Positions 1 to 9,771 of a stretch of 64,000 nt of DNA are shown piece after piece. The notes beneath the pieces are model-generated. The model searched no databases. It was not told the origin of the DNA and saw only the letters and a program-made list of their open reading frames with translations. The translations under genes were made by a program, and so were the position numbers. The DNA is from Nitrososphaeria archaeon. GTDB lineage: Archaea > Thermoproteota > Nitrososphaeria > Geothermarchaeales > JDFR-13. The stretch covers positions 96,001 to 160,000 of the forward strand of contig JALWXN010000004.1 in the NCBI GenBank assembly GCA_027078545.1, given 5' to 3'. How positions within the stretch are numbered: position 1 is the stretch's first letter; each line of letters starts with the position of its first letter.

Positions 1-514
1 CCACTGATCCAAGTAGGAGGTAGGTAAGCAGAAGCACGATAAGTGTAGTCGCCCACTGCTTAGCCAATCCATTCTTAAGCATAGGAAAATAGACAACTGC
101 GTCTATGAAGAGCTTCGAATATAGGACAACAGCTACAGGTATAAGGAGTACTACACTACTTGCCTGGGGAGAGAGACCTTGAAATATGTAATATATCCAG
201 AGAACAGCTGATGAAGGAAGTAGTATAAAGAGGTATTTACCCATCAATCTACGGGGGCTAAAGACATGTCTATCCCGCCTACCAAAGACCAACTGTATTA
301 GAACTAAATCAACGAGGAGAAGAAGTAGCGGGTAGAGAAACATAGTAAGCCCAGGAATGGATCCGATACCAATCCCTACGGATAACAGTATGAGGATCGA
401 GGGGGATGAATATAGTAGATAAGCCGTGATGAATAAGAACGTAACCCTTGCTAGAGAGCCAAATGTAAATAGCTGTTCATATAGGCTAGCTAGTCTCAGT
501 GAGGACTCACTCAT
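1..514 (-). CDS. Polytopic membrane protein, possibly DUF2070 family (partial, runs off window)
   Basis: ATG at 514 opens a hydrophobic frame (MSESSLRLASLYEQLFTFGSLARVTFLF...) with no stop before base 1; follows Sec61beta. Confidence 0.6.
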   Translation of the reverse strand, partial: MSESSLRLASLYEQLFTFGSLARVTFLFITAYLLYSSPSILILLSVGIGIGSIPGLTMFLYPLLLLLVDLVLIQLVFGRRDRHVFSPRRLMGKYLFILLPSSAVLWIYYIFQGLSPQASSVVLLIPVAVVLYSKLFIDAVVYFPMLKNGLAKQWATTLIVLLLTYLLLGSV

Positions 515-521
515 CGCGGGG

Positions 522-704
522 CTAGCTAGGCAGTGGAACGGGGAAGAGCACCCTAATAGCCAGTGAAACCACTACAAAGGCAATAATACCAACAACCATG
601 TATACAGGATCGATCGTAATACCTGATAATGAGTCCTCAAAGAACCTCAGAAGACCAGCAGTACTAGCTGGCATGGGAGCCTCTCTACGCCTCCTCTGAG
701 ACAT
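522..704 (-). CDS. secG: Preprotein translocase subunit Sec61beta
   Basis: STAGLLRFFED motif plus single C-terminal TM helix; start moved to MSQRRRR. Confidence 0.85.
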   Translation of the reverse strand: MSQRRRREAPMPASTAGLLRFFEDSLSGITIDPVYMVVGIIAFVVVSLAIRVLFPVPLPS

Positions 705-830
705 TGGCACCACCCCTTGAAAGCCACCAATACTATTCAAGATGTGAAACTAATTAATGAAGCCCTCCTCCCCCATATATACCTTAATCTAACTATTCAT
801 ATAGATGAGAAACAACCCTGATTAAATAAT

Positions 831-1985
831 TTGGAGGCTGAGATGAGGGTGATGCTGGGCAATCTCGTCCTACAATTCGACGAAGGTTTTGGAATGTTTC
901 TCAATGCATTCTACATACTGTTATTCGCCATACTGATATTCTATGGCCAGAGAATACAGTTCCACCTCTCTATGATGGAGATGGGAGGTATATTGAAACA
1001 GCTGTTTTTCATGGCTAGCCACGCCAGGAAGACCTCATTAGACGAGATAAAGAAATATTCAGACGACCCCAACATAGAGGAGAAGATGGATAGGCTCTTA
1101 AACAGCTTCGTAATCTTCCCCGAATCCATGGATCCGGCGGGCATTGTGAAGAAGGTAGAACACATAATGAACGTGAGAGAGGCAAGATTCCTCGAAGATG
1201 TCAGGAGGATGATAACCAAGGAGATCGACGAATCAAGACTATGGAACTACAGCAATATGCTAGAAGCCACACTGGTCCTCAACCTGATATATAAGGTTAT
1301 TGAACACTACTACCTCCTAGCAAAGAAGACCAAGAACTTCTTTCTGATGGCCCAGCTACAAATGATAGTGCCGCTAATATTCAACGAGGCCAAGTCCTAT
1401 CTACTCGCTATAGAGGCTTTCCGACTAGGAACACCGATAGGAGACACTATAGGCCCATACGTAGTTCATAAACTACTTAATGATGGAAAGACCGAGATCA
1501 TAGAGAAGAAGACCGACTATACCAAGGATACCGACCTATACATTGCTGAGCGCAACAACAGGAGGATATACGTTATAAAAGCCAGGGGGCCCGGAGGCAA
1601 CGTAGGCAAACCCGGAGAAGCAATAAAAAAGGTCCTCTCACGGGCCAAGAAGAGCAACGAGAAGATAGCGGGCATCATCATGATAGATGCAGCCCTTAAA
1701 CTAGAAGGTGAGAAGACAGGTACGGTAGCCGAGGGAGTTGGAGCTGCTATAGGAGGTATAGGAGTGGAGAAGTTTAAGATAGAGGAGGCGGCTACGAAAT
1801 ACTCTGTCCCCCTCTACGCGATAATCATCAAGCAGAGCATAGCAGAAGCCATATCTACAATGAAGAAGGAAATAGTAGACTCAACATCCGAAGTTATAAG
1901 AAGGATAGATAGGATACTCAACAACGAGTTGGAAGAAGGATCAGTTGTAATTGCGGGAATAGGAAACACCATAGGTGTGCCATGA
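831..1985 (+). CDS. DUF1512 family protein
   Basis: N-terminal TM; DPAGIV, GPGGNVGKPG, IDAALKLEGE, GIGNTIG motifs. Confidence 0.75.
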   Translation: MEAEMRVMLGNLVLQFDEGFGMFLNAFYILLFAILIFYGQRIQFHLSMMEMGGILKQLFFMASHARKTSLDEIKKYSDDPNIEEKMDRLLNSFVIFPESMDPAGIVKKVEHIMNVREARFLEDVRRMITKEIDESRLWNYSNMLEATLVLNLIYKVIEHYYLLAKKTKNFFLMAQLQMIVPLIFNEAKSYLLAIEAFRLGTPIGDTIGPYVVHKLLNDGKTEIIEKKTDYTKDTDLYIAERNNRRIYVIKARGPGGNVGKPGEAIKKVLSRAKKSNEKIAGIIMIDAALKLEGEKTGTVAEGVGAAIGGIGVEKFKIEEAATKYSVPLYAIIIKQSIAEAISTMKKEIVDSTSEVIRRIDRILNNELEEGSVVIAGIGNTIGVP

Positions 1986-2281
1986 TGAATCCAACACTAC
2001 TTCAGATAGATAGTCTAGATATGTTTGTAGTCTTCACACTAGCATTCCTAGTGATACTTCTCCTACTGATGACGATGTCTAGGCAGGAGGCCAAGCCCAG
2101 GATAGTCAAGCCCGACATAAAGACAGCATTGATATGCACATCTTGCGGCACAAAGACGATACGCGAGTTCAGAGAGGGAGACTACATCTCCAAAGAAGCT
2201 GATAGTGAGAAGTGCCCCAGATGTGGTGGCCCCCTAGTGATAGATGCCATTTATACCGAGCAGCTCCCCACTAAACCCTAG
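1982..2281 (+). CDS. Membrane-anchored Zn-ribbon protein
   Basis: TM helix plus CxxC...CxxC and REFREGDYI; coupled to DUF1512 gene. Confidence 0.7.
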   Translation: MMNPTLLQIDSLDMFVVFTLAFLVILLLLMTMSRQEAKPRIVKPDIKTALICTSCGTKTIREFREGDYISKEADSEKCPRCGGPLVIDAIYTEQLPTKP

Positions 2282-3167
2282 TCGTAACTAATACATCACC
2301 ATCCAGTACGATCACGGTATGCTCAAACTGGGACACTGGCCTAAAAGACTTCTCTATCATTGGGGGATAACCCCTAACATACTTCATTGACTCCAGCTTA
2401 ACCACATCCTCATACGTATATTCATCTGCAAACCACCTCGGGGTGAATGGTAATGGACCATACCTCGACATAATCAGCCTCCTAAGACCGTCGAGACGCT
2501 TATCCTTAATCTTCTTCGTCTTAACCAAGGAGAATATATGGGTGGGCTCCACCTTATCGACGCTTCCAGCGCCATCCCTAAACGTTATGAAAGGCTCGAC
2601 AGCATAGACCTCACCACTCTTTATAGAACTACTTATCGGCTCACCAGTATTGGGAAAATTCTTACCGGCATGGAGATTATACCTATCTATCAAATGGCCT
2701 GCAAGGTCACTTATCACCTTATATCCTCTTGAATACACCTCTTCCTCGATAAGCCTACCCAGCTCACCCAGACTCCTACCAGGTCTAATCTCATCAATCA
2801 CATGGTTCAGAACCTCCTCATTAGCCCTTGCCATCTCAATATATTCCTCTCCCCGAGCTATCGTGATGGCCGTATCGGCTATGTATCCATCGATATGTAC
2901 GCCTACATCCACTTTGAGGAGGCCCTCATCGAAAACCACTGGCTCAGATGTTAGAGGGGTATAGTGGGCAGCCACCTCATTAAGATCCACGTTACAGGGA
3001 AAGGCGGGCATCCCCCCATACTTCATCGTCAGGGACTCTGCATACTCAGCAATCTCCAATAGGTCAATCTTTTTCTTAGGAGCAACAAAGTCCCTAACCT
3101 CCCTCAAAACCTTGGCAGCGATCCTTCCCGCCTCCAAGTATTTCTCGATTATATCCTCCCTCATCAC
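2271..3167 (-). CDS. map: Type II methionine aminopeptidase
   Basis: AFPCN, AAHYTP, KVDVGVHIDGYIADTA, EPF, QFEHT. Confidence 0.95.
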   Translation of the reverse strand: MMREDIIEKYLEAGRIAAKVLREVRDFVAPKKKIDLLEIAEYAESLTMKYGGMPAFPCNVDLNEVAAHYTPLTSEPVVFDEGLLKVDVGVHIDGYIADTAITIARGEEYIEMARANEEVLNHVIDEIRPGRSLGELGRLIEEEVYSRGYKVISDLAGHLIDRYNLHAGKNFPNTGEPISSSIKSGEVYAVEPFITFRDGAGSVDKVEPTHIFSLVKTKKIKDKRLDGLRRLIMSRYGPLPFTPRWFADEYTYEDVVKLESMKYVRGYPPMIEKSFRPVSQFEHTVIVLDGDVLVTTRV

Positions 3168-3233
3168 TCCTTAATATTAGAGCCTAGAGAACCAATTAAC
3201 CATAAATATTGTCTGCCACCCGTGGGATTCAAA

Positions 3234-3698
3234 ATGGAGAAGGAGAAGAAGGTGGTGGTGGGAGGCACGTTTGAATATCTTCACGCGGGCCACATAAAGC
3301 TACTCAACACTGCGTTCTCACTAGGGGAGGAGGTTGTTATAGGGGTTACTAGTGACGAGATGGCTAGAAGAATGAGGCGAAGAAGCGTTAAGAGCTTCGA
3401 TGAACGTGTTGAACAGCTTAAACAGCTCGTCGATACATTGAGTAGGGGGAAGAGATACAGGATTATAGAGATCAGCGACCCCTACGGACCCACAATTGCC
3501 GAGGACGACCTCGACATAATAGTTGTAAGCGTAGAGACATTCCCAAACGCACTTAGAATAAACAATGAGAGAAGGAGGAGGGGGATGAAGCCCCTAGCCA
3601 TTGTGGTGATCCCCCTAGTGGAGACCAACTATGGATATAAGATCAGCTCATCCCTCATACACACATCCACATTAGATGAATGGGGCAGGACTCAGTAG
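3234..3698 (+). CDS. coaD: Phosphopantetheine adenylyltransferase (archaeal type)
   Basis: GGTFEYLHAGH, GVTSD, DPYGP, VVSVET, ISSS. Confidence 0.85.
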   Translation: MEKEKKVVVGGTFEYLHAGHIKLLNTAFSLGEEVVIGVTSDEMARRMRRRSVKSFDERVEQLKQLVDTLSRGKRYRIIEISDPYGPTIAEDDLDIIVVSVETFPNALRINNERRRRGMKPLAIVVIPLVETNYGYKISSSLIHTSTLDEWGRTQ

Positions 3699-4783
3699 AC
3701 ACCCTTTAGATCCTCAGCACTACGTATCCACCTCACATTCCCCCTCCTCACATAGTCCCTGTAATACTCAAGCTTCTCACTGAAATCCTTCATAAACTCC
3801 CATAGAACCTCGAACGTGATCTTCTTAAGCTCCCCACTAAGCATCTCACCCGACCTATACTTCTCCGCGATCTCCCGCAACATCTCATCGTCATCCAGTA
3901 TATAGGTCAGTATGCGGAACGGAACATCGATATCAAGATTGCCACCCCTACGTCTATGCTCCTCAACCGTAGGTGCACCCCCTGAAAATGCTCTCCATAT
4001 CTTCCTACGCAGCACATCCGGATCCGTCTCCGGCAAGAATATCGAGTTCTCAGGATCACTCTTACTCATCTTCTCCGAGCCGTCTAGACCCGGTATAAGC
4101 CTAATATAGATAGACGCAACTTGGTCGAAGAAGAAGTGCCTAGTCCTCCTAACATAATCCCTACACAGCCTCATATGGGGATCCTGATCAAGCCCTATAG
4201 GAACCAGACCATTCATAGGCTTATAGAACTGTGGAAAAAGGATGTCACCAACCTGTATAAGCGACGAGACGATTCTAGACGGGTCCACGTCTCCATATAT
4301 CGCCCTCATCTCGTTCAGAGTAGTCTCCCCAGACACATCGCCAGCAATTTTGAGAATATCAGGGTTCTCCGACTGGTAATAGAAGAATGTCCGGTCAGGA
4401 TCTAGGCCCAACGCTAGGTAGGTGGGTATATGGTATTGCTCTGCATACTCTCTCGCCAAGTCTAGAGATATGGATCGGGTAGCCAGCGACTCGATATCCG
4501 CTATTGCTATTATAGTGATCTTGCTAAGCGACTGGAAATACTTCACAGACTCTACCACGGCATAGGTACCCAGATGTATAAGCTTATACGAGGGCATTAT
4601 ACCAGTCAATATGTAAAACTCGCCAGTCCTCATCATCTTAGCAAACTCCTCTAACCCTCTGACGGCTATGAATATCCCCCTCCTAACAAATTTGTGTGGA
4701 ATGGGGAAATACTCGGGCTTAATAAGCTCCAAACCAAACTCTCTAAGCAGCTTCTCCTCCCGGGGGGTTAGGCTCAGCCTCAT
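3692..4783 (-). CDS. trpS: Tryptophanyl-tRNA synthetase
   Basis: TGIMPS..HLG, GLDQDPHMRL, KMSKS, AFSGG, SGELKK. Confidence 0.92.
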   Translation of the reverse strand: MRLSLTPREEKLLREFGLELIKPEYFPIPHKFVRRGIFIAVRGLEEFAKMMRTGEFYILTGIMPSYKLIHLGTYAVVESVKYFQSLSKITIIAIADIESLATRSISLDLAREYAEQYHIPTYLALGLDPDRTFFYYQSENPDILKIAGDVSGETTLNEMRAIYGDVDPSRIVSSLIQVGDILFPQFYKPMNGLVPIGLDQDPHMRLCRDYVRRTRHFFFDQVASIYIRLIPGLDGSEKMSKSDPENSIFLPETDPDVLRRKIWRAFSGGAPTVEEHRRRGGNLDIDVPFRILTYILDDDEMLREIAEKYRSGEMLSGELKKITFEVLWEFMKDFSEKLEYYRDYVRRGNVRWIRSAEDLKGVY

Positions 4784-4850
4784 AACAAAATATGTGATTC
4801 AACCGCTACGTCTAAAAAGATTTATTCATCGGCTCAGATAGTGAATTAGA

Positions 4851-6341
4851 TTGATAAATATGGATGAAGAGAAAAAACGGGATGTACGCACCATAGCACT
4901 CCCTGACCTAGCCAAGCAACTAGGCATAAATATAGATAGGCTGAGGGGAATACTGGAGGAGCTTAAGAGAGACGGCAGTATCAAGATCATAGTAGAAAAA
5001 GAGGAATACATTACACCGGACACGAAGCTCCAAGGGAAACTCCCAGAGCTGGAGATCTATAAGACCCTCAAAGAGAAGGGGGAGATGAAGCTACAAGAGT
5101 TGAGGGGTTCGATCGATCTCGATGAGGAAGATTTCAATGCTGGAATAGCCATCCTAGTCAGAGAGGGTATAATAGGATTCAAAGATGGAGACGAACGTAG
5201 AGTGGGGATAAAGGATCCAGCCCGGGGGGAGGACCTATACAGGAGGTCAATGGAGCTTAGAGATCTCATCATTTCTAGGGGAAGCGTTAAATTGGATAAT
5301 ATACCCCCTGAATATAGAGGCTTGATAACAAAGTGGCTTAGAAGACCCAACCTAGTCAAACGTAGAACTACTAGGAAGGAATATGTAGTCCTAACGGAAG
5401 AGTCAGAAAAACTACTGAGGAGTGCGAAGGAGAAGCTGATAGGCAGCATTACAAGGGACATGATTATAAGCGGCACTTGGGACATAGAGAGAATAAAGGT
5501 CATACCACCCGATCAGGACACTTATAGGATACATCTCGGGAGGAGACACCCCCTCTCCGAGACAATAAAGGAGGTTAGAGAGATATTCCTGCAAATGGGA
5601 TTTGAAGAGATTAAAGGCCCTATCATAGAAACCGCCTTTGTAAACTTCGACATGCTATTCCAACCCCAGGATCACCCTGCTAGGGACATGCATGACACAC
5701 TATACATATCAAAACCATTCGACAAGATGGATCCACCCTATAGAGAGTTCATAGAACAAGTAGCAGCTACCCACCAACACGGAGGAGACACTGGATCCAA
5801 GGGGTGGAGATATAGATGGTCCCTAGACGAAGCTAAGAGAACCCTCCTTAGAACCCATACCACCGCTGTCACAATCAGGGGGCTATATGAGAACAGACAC
5901 AGGGAGGAGCTCAAACTATTCAGCATAGGGAGAGTATACCGCAACGAGACTATAGACTATAAACACCTATCCGACTTTACACAGGTAGACGGCATATTGA
6001 TGCATAGAGATGCCAATCTCCGGCTCCTCATGGGGATACTAGAAACCTTCTTCAAGAAGATGGGAGCTAAAAAGATAAGGTTCTGGCCAACATACTTCCC
6101 CTTCACAGAACCTAGCATACAGCCCACCGTATTCATGGAGGAGATAGGGGAGTGGATAGAGCTTGGAGGAGCCGGGATATTCAGGCCAGAGATAACCCTA
6201 CCGATGGGGATAGATAAGCCTGTTCTCGCATGGGGACTGGGATTAGAGAGGATCATCATGATTAGATACAAGCTCAGCGATATTAGAGAGATATACTTCA
6301 ATCGTGCGGACTGGCTAAGGAATAGGAAGGTGCTGATATAA
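4851..6341 (+). CDS. pheS: Phenylalanyl-tRNA synthetase alpha subunit
   Basis: PQDHPARDMHDT, LLRTHTT, YFPFTEPS, GLGLER. Confidence 0.97.
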   Translation: MINMDEEKKRDVRTIALPDLAKQLGINIDRLRGILEELKRDGSIKIIVEKEEYITPDTKLQGKLPELEIYKTLKEKGEMKLQELRGSIDLDEEDFNAGIAILVREGIIGFKDGDERRVGIKDPARGEDLYRRSMELRDLIISRGSVKLDNIPPEYRGLITKWLRRPNLVKRRTTRKEYVVLTEESEKLLRSAKEKLIGSITRDMIISGTWDIERIKVIPPDQDTYRIHLGRRHPLSETIKEVREIFLQMGFEEIKGPIIETAFVNFDMLFQPQDHPARDMHDTLYISKPFDKMDPPYREFIEQVAATHQHGGDTGSKGWRYRWSLDEAKRTLLRTHTTAVTIRGLYENRHREELKLFSIGRVYRNETIDYKHLSDFTQVDGILMHRDANLRLLMGILETFFKKMGAKKIRFWPTYFPFTEPSIQPTVFMEEIGEWIELGGAGIFRPEITLPMGIDKPVLAWGLGLERIIMIRYKLSDIREIYFNRADWLRNRKVLI

Positions 6342-8005
6342 TGCCTACAACAAAGATCTACCTAGAAGACATAGAAGAGATCATCCCCATAAACGAATTC
6401 CTAGAAAAGGCCCCATACATAGGTGTGGAGGTTGAGGAAACAGGGGAGGACTACATTAGACTAGAGTATACACCTAACAGGCCGGACTACGGATTCTACA
6501 CCGGAATACTCAAATCACTAGAGGGACTACTCGAAAAGAAAACAGGCTTGGTGAAATACACCGCCTCAGAGGCAGGCGAGAATCAATATGGAATACACGT
6601 CGAGGAGGAGGCTATAAACATAAGGCCGGTAATAATGGGATTCCTAGTAGAAGACCTCTCACTCACCGACAGAGTAATTGAATATCTAATCAACTTCCAA
6701 GAAGACCTACACAACGGACTCGGACGTAACAGGAGGAAAGCCTCGATAGGGATCCATGACGCCGACAAGATAAAGTTCCCAATACATTACCGGGCCGTTG
6801 ATGCCGAGTATAGCTTTATCCCGCTAGATGGAGACAGGGAAATGAGCATAAAGGAAATAATCACTAAGACTGAGAAGGGCCAGAAGTACGGAGGATTAGT
6901 GGTAGGCCAGATATATACAGTTCTAGAAGACTCTACAGGGAACACCCTATCACTACCACCCATTATAAATAGTAGACTGACACAGGTGACAGAGAACACC
7001 AAGAGACTATTCATAGACATTACAGGAACCGATGAAGGCGTTGTTAGAGACATCGCGAATCTATTGGCCACCGCTTTACAGGACATCGGAGGCAAAGTGA
7101 CAAAGATACCCTCCATATACCCAGAAGGAGTAAGATATGTAGCACCAACCCTAACATACACGGAGATCGATGTATCGATTGAATACATAAACTACATCTT
7201 AGGCTTGGAGATTGGACAGGAGGAGATAATACGTAGCCTAGAGAGAATGAGATATAGAGCCGAGCATAGAAACGGATCCATAAAAGTAACTATCCCACCC
7301 TATAGAATCGACATCTTACACCCGATAGACATAGTTGAGGACGTAGCGATAGGCATGGGTCTATGGAGACTAGCCCCCAGCATAGAAAACATGTACTTCT
7401 CAATGGGAAGCTTAATGGAGGAGACGGTTTTCAAAGAAAAGCTGTCCGAGATACTCGTGGGGATGGGGCTTCTAGAAGTGGTCAACCTAACACTCATCTC
7501 AGATGAGACACAACGCACGGTTCTTGGAGAAGATATAGAGTCGGTACGAGTTGAGAAGTCTAAAACCCCCCGAGACACGCTTAGAACCTCACTCATTCCT
7601 GGATTACTGGAGACCCTCCGTCTAAACAATACATCGGAACATCCCATCAAAATGTTTGAAATAGGTACGGTAGTACGTATAGAGAACGGAAGACCAGTAG
7701 AGAGAGACATGCTGGGAATAGTACTGTCAGACTATAGTATCAACTATGGCGATGGAAAAGCCGTCATAGACACACTTCTAGAGCTATTAGGGGTAAGAGG
7801 GAAGGTCAGATATGGAGAGCCCAAGAGATATTACCGCTACATGCTTAGGGGAAGAACCGGAACCCTATTCGCCAAGGACGACGAAGTGGGTATAATAAGC
7901 GAGGTCCACCCAGAGATCCTCACCAAAATGGGGATAGAGTTTCCTGCGGTGGTGGTGGAGCTGGATATACATAGTCTAATCAAACTTTATCAAGATAAGA
8001 AGTAG
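6341..8005 (+). CDS. pheT: Phenylalanyl-tRNA synthetase beta subunit
   Basis: PNRPD, QEDLH..LGRNR, PPIINS, PPYRIDILHPIDIVED. Confidence 0.97.
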   Translation: MPTTKIYLEDIEEIIPINEFLEKAPYIGVEVEETGEDYIRLEYTPNRPDYGFYTGILKSLEGLLEKKTGLVKYTASEAGENQYGIHVEEEAINIRPVIMGFLVEDLSLTDRVIEYLINFQEDLHNGLGRNRRKASIGIHDADKIKFPIHYRAVDAEYSFIPLDGDREMSIKEIITKTEKGQKYGGLVVGQIYTVLEDSTGNTLSLPPIINSRLTQVTENTKRLFIDITGTDEGVVRDIANLLATALQDIGGKVTKIPSIYPEGVRYVAPTLTYTEIDVSIEYINYILGLEIGQEEIIRSLERMRYRAEHRNGSIKVTIPPYRIDILHPIDIVEDVAIGMGLWRLAPSIENMYFSMGSLMEETVFKEKLSEILVGMGLLEVVNLTLISDETQRTVLGEDIESVRVEKSKTPRDTLRTSLIPGLLETLRLNNTSEHPIKMFEIGTVVRIENGRPVERDMLGIVLSDYSINYGDGKAVIDTLLELLGVRGKVRYGEPKRYYRYMLRGRTGTLFAKDDEVGIISEVHPEILTKMGIEFPAVVVELDIHSLIKLYQDKK

Positions 8006-8015
8006 ATTCAATTTA

Positions 8016-8157
8016 TGGCATGCAGTATCCCCGGCGGACCAGCCGGAAACGTGAAGGCTGGGTACCCCTGCATGCCACAAAGCCCGTCTGAGGGCCTCTA
8101 CCGAGAGGGGAGGCATCCCCACGATGAGGGTGAGAGGGTTGGTGACGGGCTACAAAC
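8016..8157 (+). ncRNA. Candidate two-hairpin box H/ACA guide RNA
   Basis: GC-rich intergenic pair of hairpins (TGGCATGCAG/CTGCATGCCA; GCCCGTC/GACGGGC), each with an internal pocket, a GA...RTGA K-loop/K-turn and a downstream ACA (8077, 8152). Confidence 0.75.
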
Positions 8158-8183
8158 CGCTGCTCCAAAAATGGGCGAGCAAC

Positions 8184-8612
8184 GTGAGACGTCCTAAGGA
8201 TATCTATGAAAGAGATGCCGAACAGCTATACATCGTCCTAAGCGAAATATCCAGCGATACAACGATAATAGTTGAGGGGCCCAGCGACAAGGAATTACTC
8301 CTGAGGATACCCTTTCTCAGGGCTAGGATAACTACCCTCCGGGAATTTTTCGGAGAAGCCCCAAACATTAGGAAGACGATTATCCTTACTGACTACGACG
8401 AAGAGGGGGAGAGACTCAATATATGGTTAAAGAACATCATCAGCTCCGAATACCCCCACATCACAATACTGGACTGGTATAGAGAGAGGCTTAGACCCAT
8501 ATTCTCAAAATATGGAGAGATATACTCATGCCTCAGACACCTCTCCAGGATTGGGGTGCTAGAAAGATATATTAGATATGCAGACATAGATTGGGAGTAT
8601 GAAAACACATAG
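8184..8612 (+). CDS. Small Toprim-domain protein
   Basis: IIVEGPSD and LTDYDEEG Toprim motifs; GTG start at 8184 chosen to avoid the upstream RNA. Confidence 0.75.
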   Translation: MRRPKDIYERDAEQLYIVLSEISSDTTIIVEGPSDKELLLRIPFLRARITTLREFFGEAPNIRKTIILTDYDEEGERLNIWLKNIISSEYPHITILDWYRERLRPIFSKYGEIYSCLRHLSRIGVLERYIRYADIDWEYENT

Positions 8613-8627
8613 CATGGGTGGTGAAGA

Positions 8628-9770
8628 ATGGGAGACAAAAACAAGAACGATAGATACCATAAAAAATACATCATCGAATTCGAATTCGAGATAGAAGGAG
8701 CTGTGGAGGAGAGAGACATCGTAGGCGCGATCTTCTCATCGACTGACTACCTATTGGGACCCGACTTCGACATGAGAGAGATGTCCAACACAGGCAAGAT
8801 AGGTAGAATAACAATACACAACGTAGTCGACAAGGGAAGGAAGATGACAGGAATCCTACATGTAGCCACGACGAAGGAGATCGAGACAGTAGCCCTAATA
8901 GCAGCTCTTATAGAAACCGTGGATCAAGTAGGACCCTATCGAGCCAAGTTCAGATTCAGACGGATAATAGACGCGAGGGAAGAGAAGCTGAAGTATATCG
9001 AGAAGAGGGCGATGGAGATACTTGAGAAGTGGAAGATGGACAAGATACCAAAGGCGGAGGAGATACTGAGGAAGCTACACGAAAAGGCAGCAAGTAAAAT
9101 TGCTGTGAAGAGTATTAGAGCCGGCAATGTGACGCTTACAGCCGGTCCAGAGTTCGAGACGTCCGACGAGGTGATACTTGTTGAGGGGAGCGCAGACGTG
9201 GCGAAGCTCGTTAAGTACGGCATTAAAAACGTTCTGAGCATAGGCGGTGGAAAGATACCTGAGCAGCTTAGAGATCTACTGGCCAACAAGAAGGTGACCG
9301 CATTCCTTGATGGAGACAGAGGTGGCATGATGAACCTAAAGAAGCTGATAAACACAATCAAGGTAGACTATATAGCCATGGCTCCAAAGGGGAAGGAAGT
9401 GGAGGACCTTACCTACGAGGAGGTTATGGAAGCCCTATCAAAGAAGAAGCCGGTAGACAGTTTCATAGCAGAGGAGAACAGTGATCTAGCCCCATATAAG
9501 GAGTATATAAACCAGGTCCAGGGTAAGATGGAGGCACTCCTCATTAAGGAGAGCAAGGTTATCGAAAAGGTATCTATCTCAGACCTGATGGAGAAGCTTC
9601 AGAAGCTAGATACAACAATAGACATGATAGTTGCAGATGGGATCATAACCCAGCGCCTAGTCGACATGGCGAAGAGTAAGGGTGTAAAGACGATAATCGG
9701 CGTTAGAAAGGGAGCCCTTGCACGTGTACCAGAAGACATCAAAATAATGACATACGGGGAGGTAGACTGA
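8628..9770 (+). CDS. dnaG: Archaeal DnaG (Toprim, exosome-associated)
   Basis: DIVGAIF, GKIGRI, LVEGSADV, FLDGDRGG, DGIITQRLVD. Confidence 0.93.
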   Translation: MGDKNKNDRYHKKYIIEFEFEIEGAVEERDIVGAIFSSTDYLLGPDFDMREMSNTGKIGRITIHNVVDKGRKMTGILHVATTKEIETVALIAALIETVDQVGPYRAKFRFRRIIDAREEKLKYIEKRAMEILEKWKMDKIPKAEEILRKLHEKAASKIAVKSIRAGNVTLTAGPEFETSDEVILVEGSADVAKLVKYGIKNVLSIGGGKIPEQLRDLLANKKVTAFLDGDRGGMMNLKKLINTIKVDYIAMAPKGKEVEDLTYEEVMEALSKKKPVDSFIAEENSDLAPYKEYINQVQGKMEALLIKESKVIEKVSISDLMEKLQKLDTTIDMIVADGIITQRLVDMAKSKGVKTIIGVRKGALARVPEDIKIMTYGEVD

Positions 9771-9771
9771 T

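Noticed and set aside
8015-8197. 60-aa ORF and the N-terminal extension of the Toprim ORF
   Set aside because: Better explained by the structured H/ACA-type RNA
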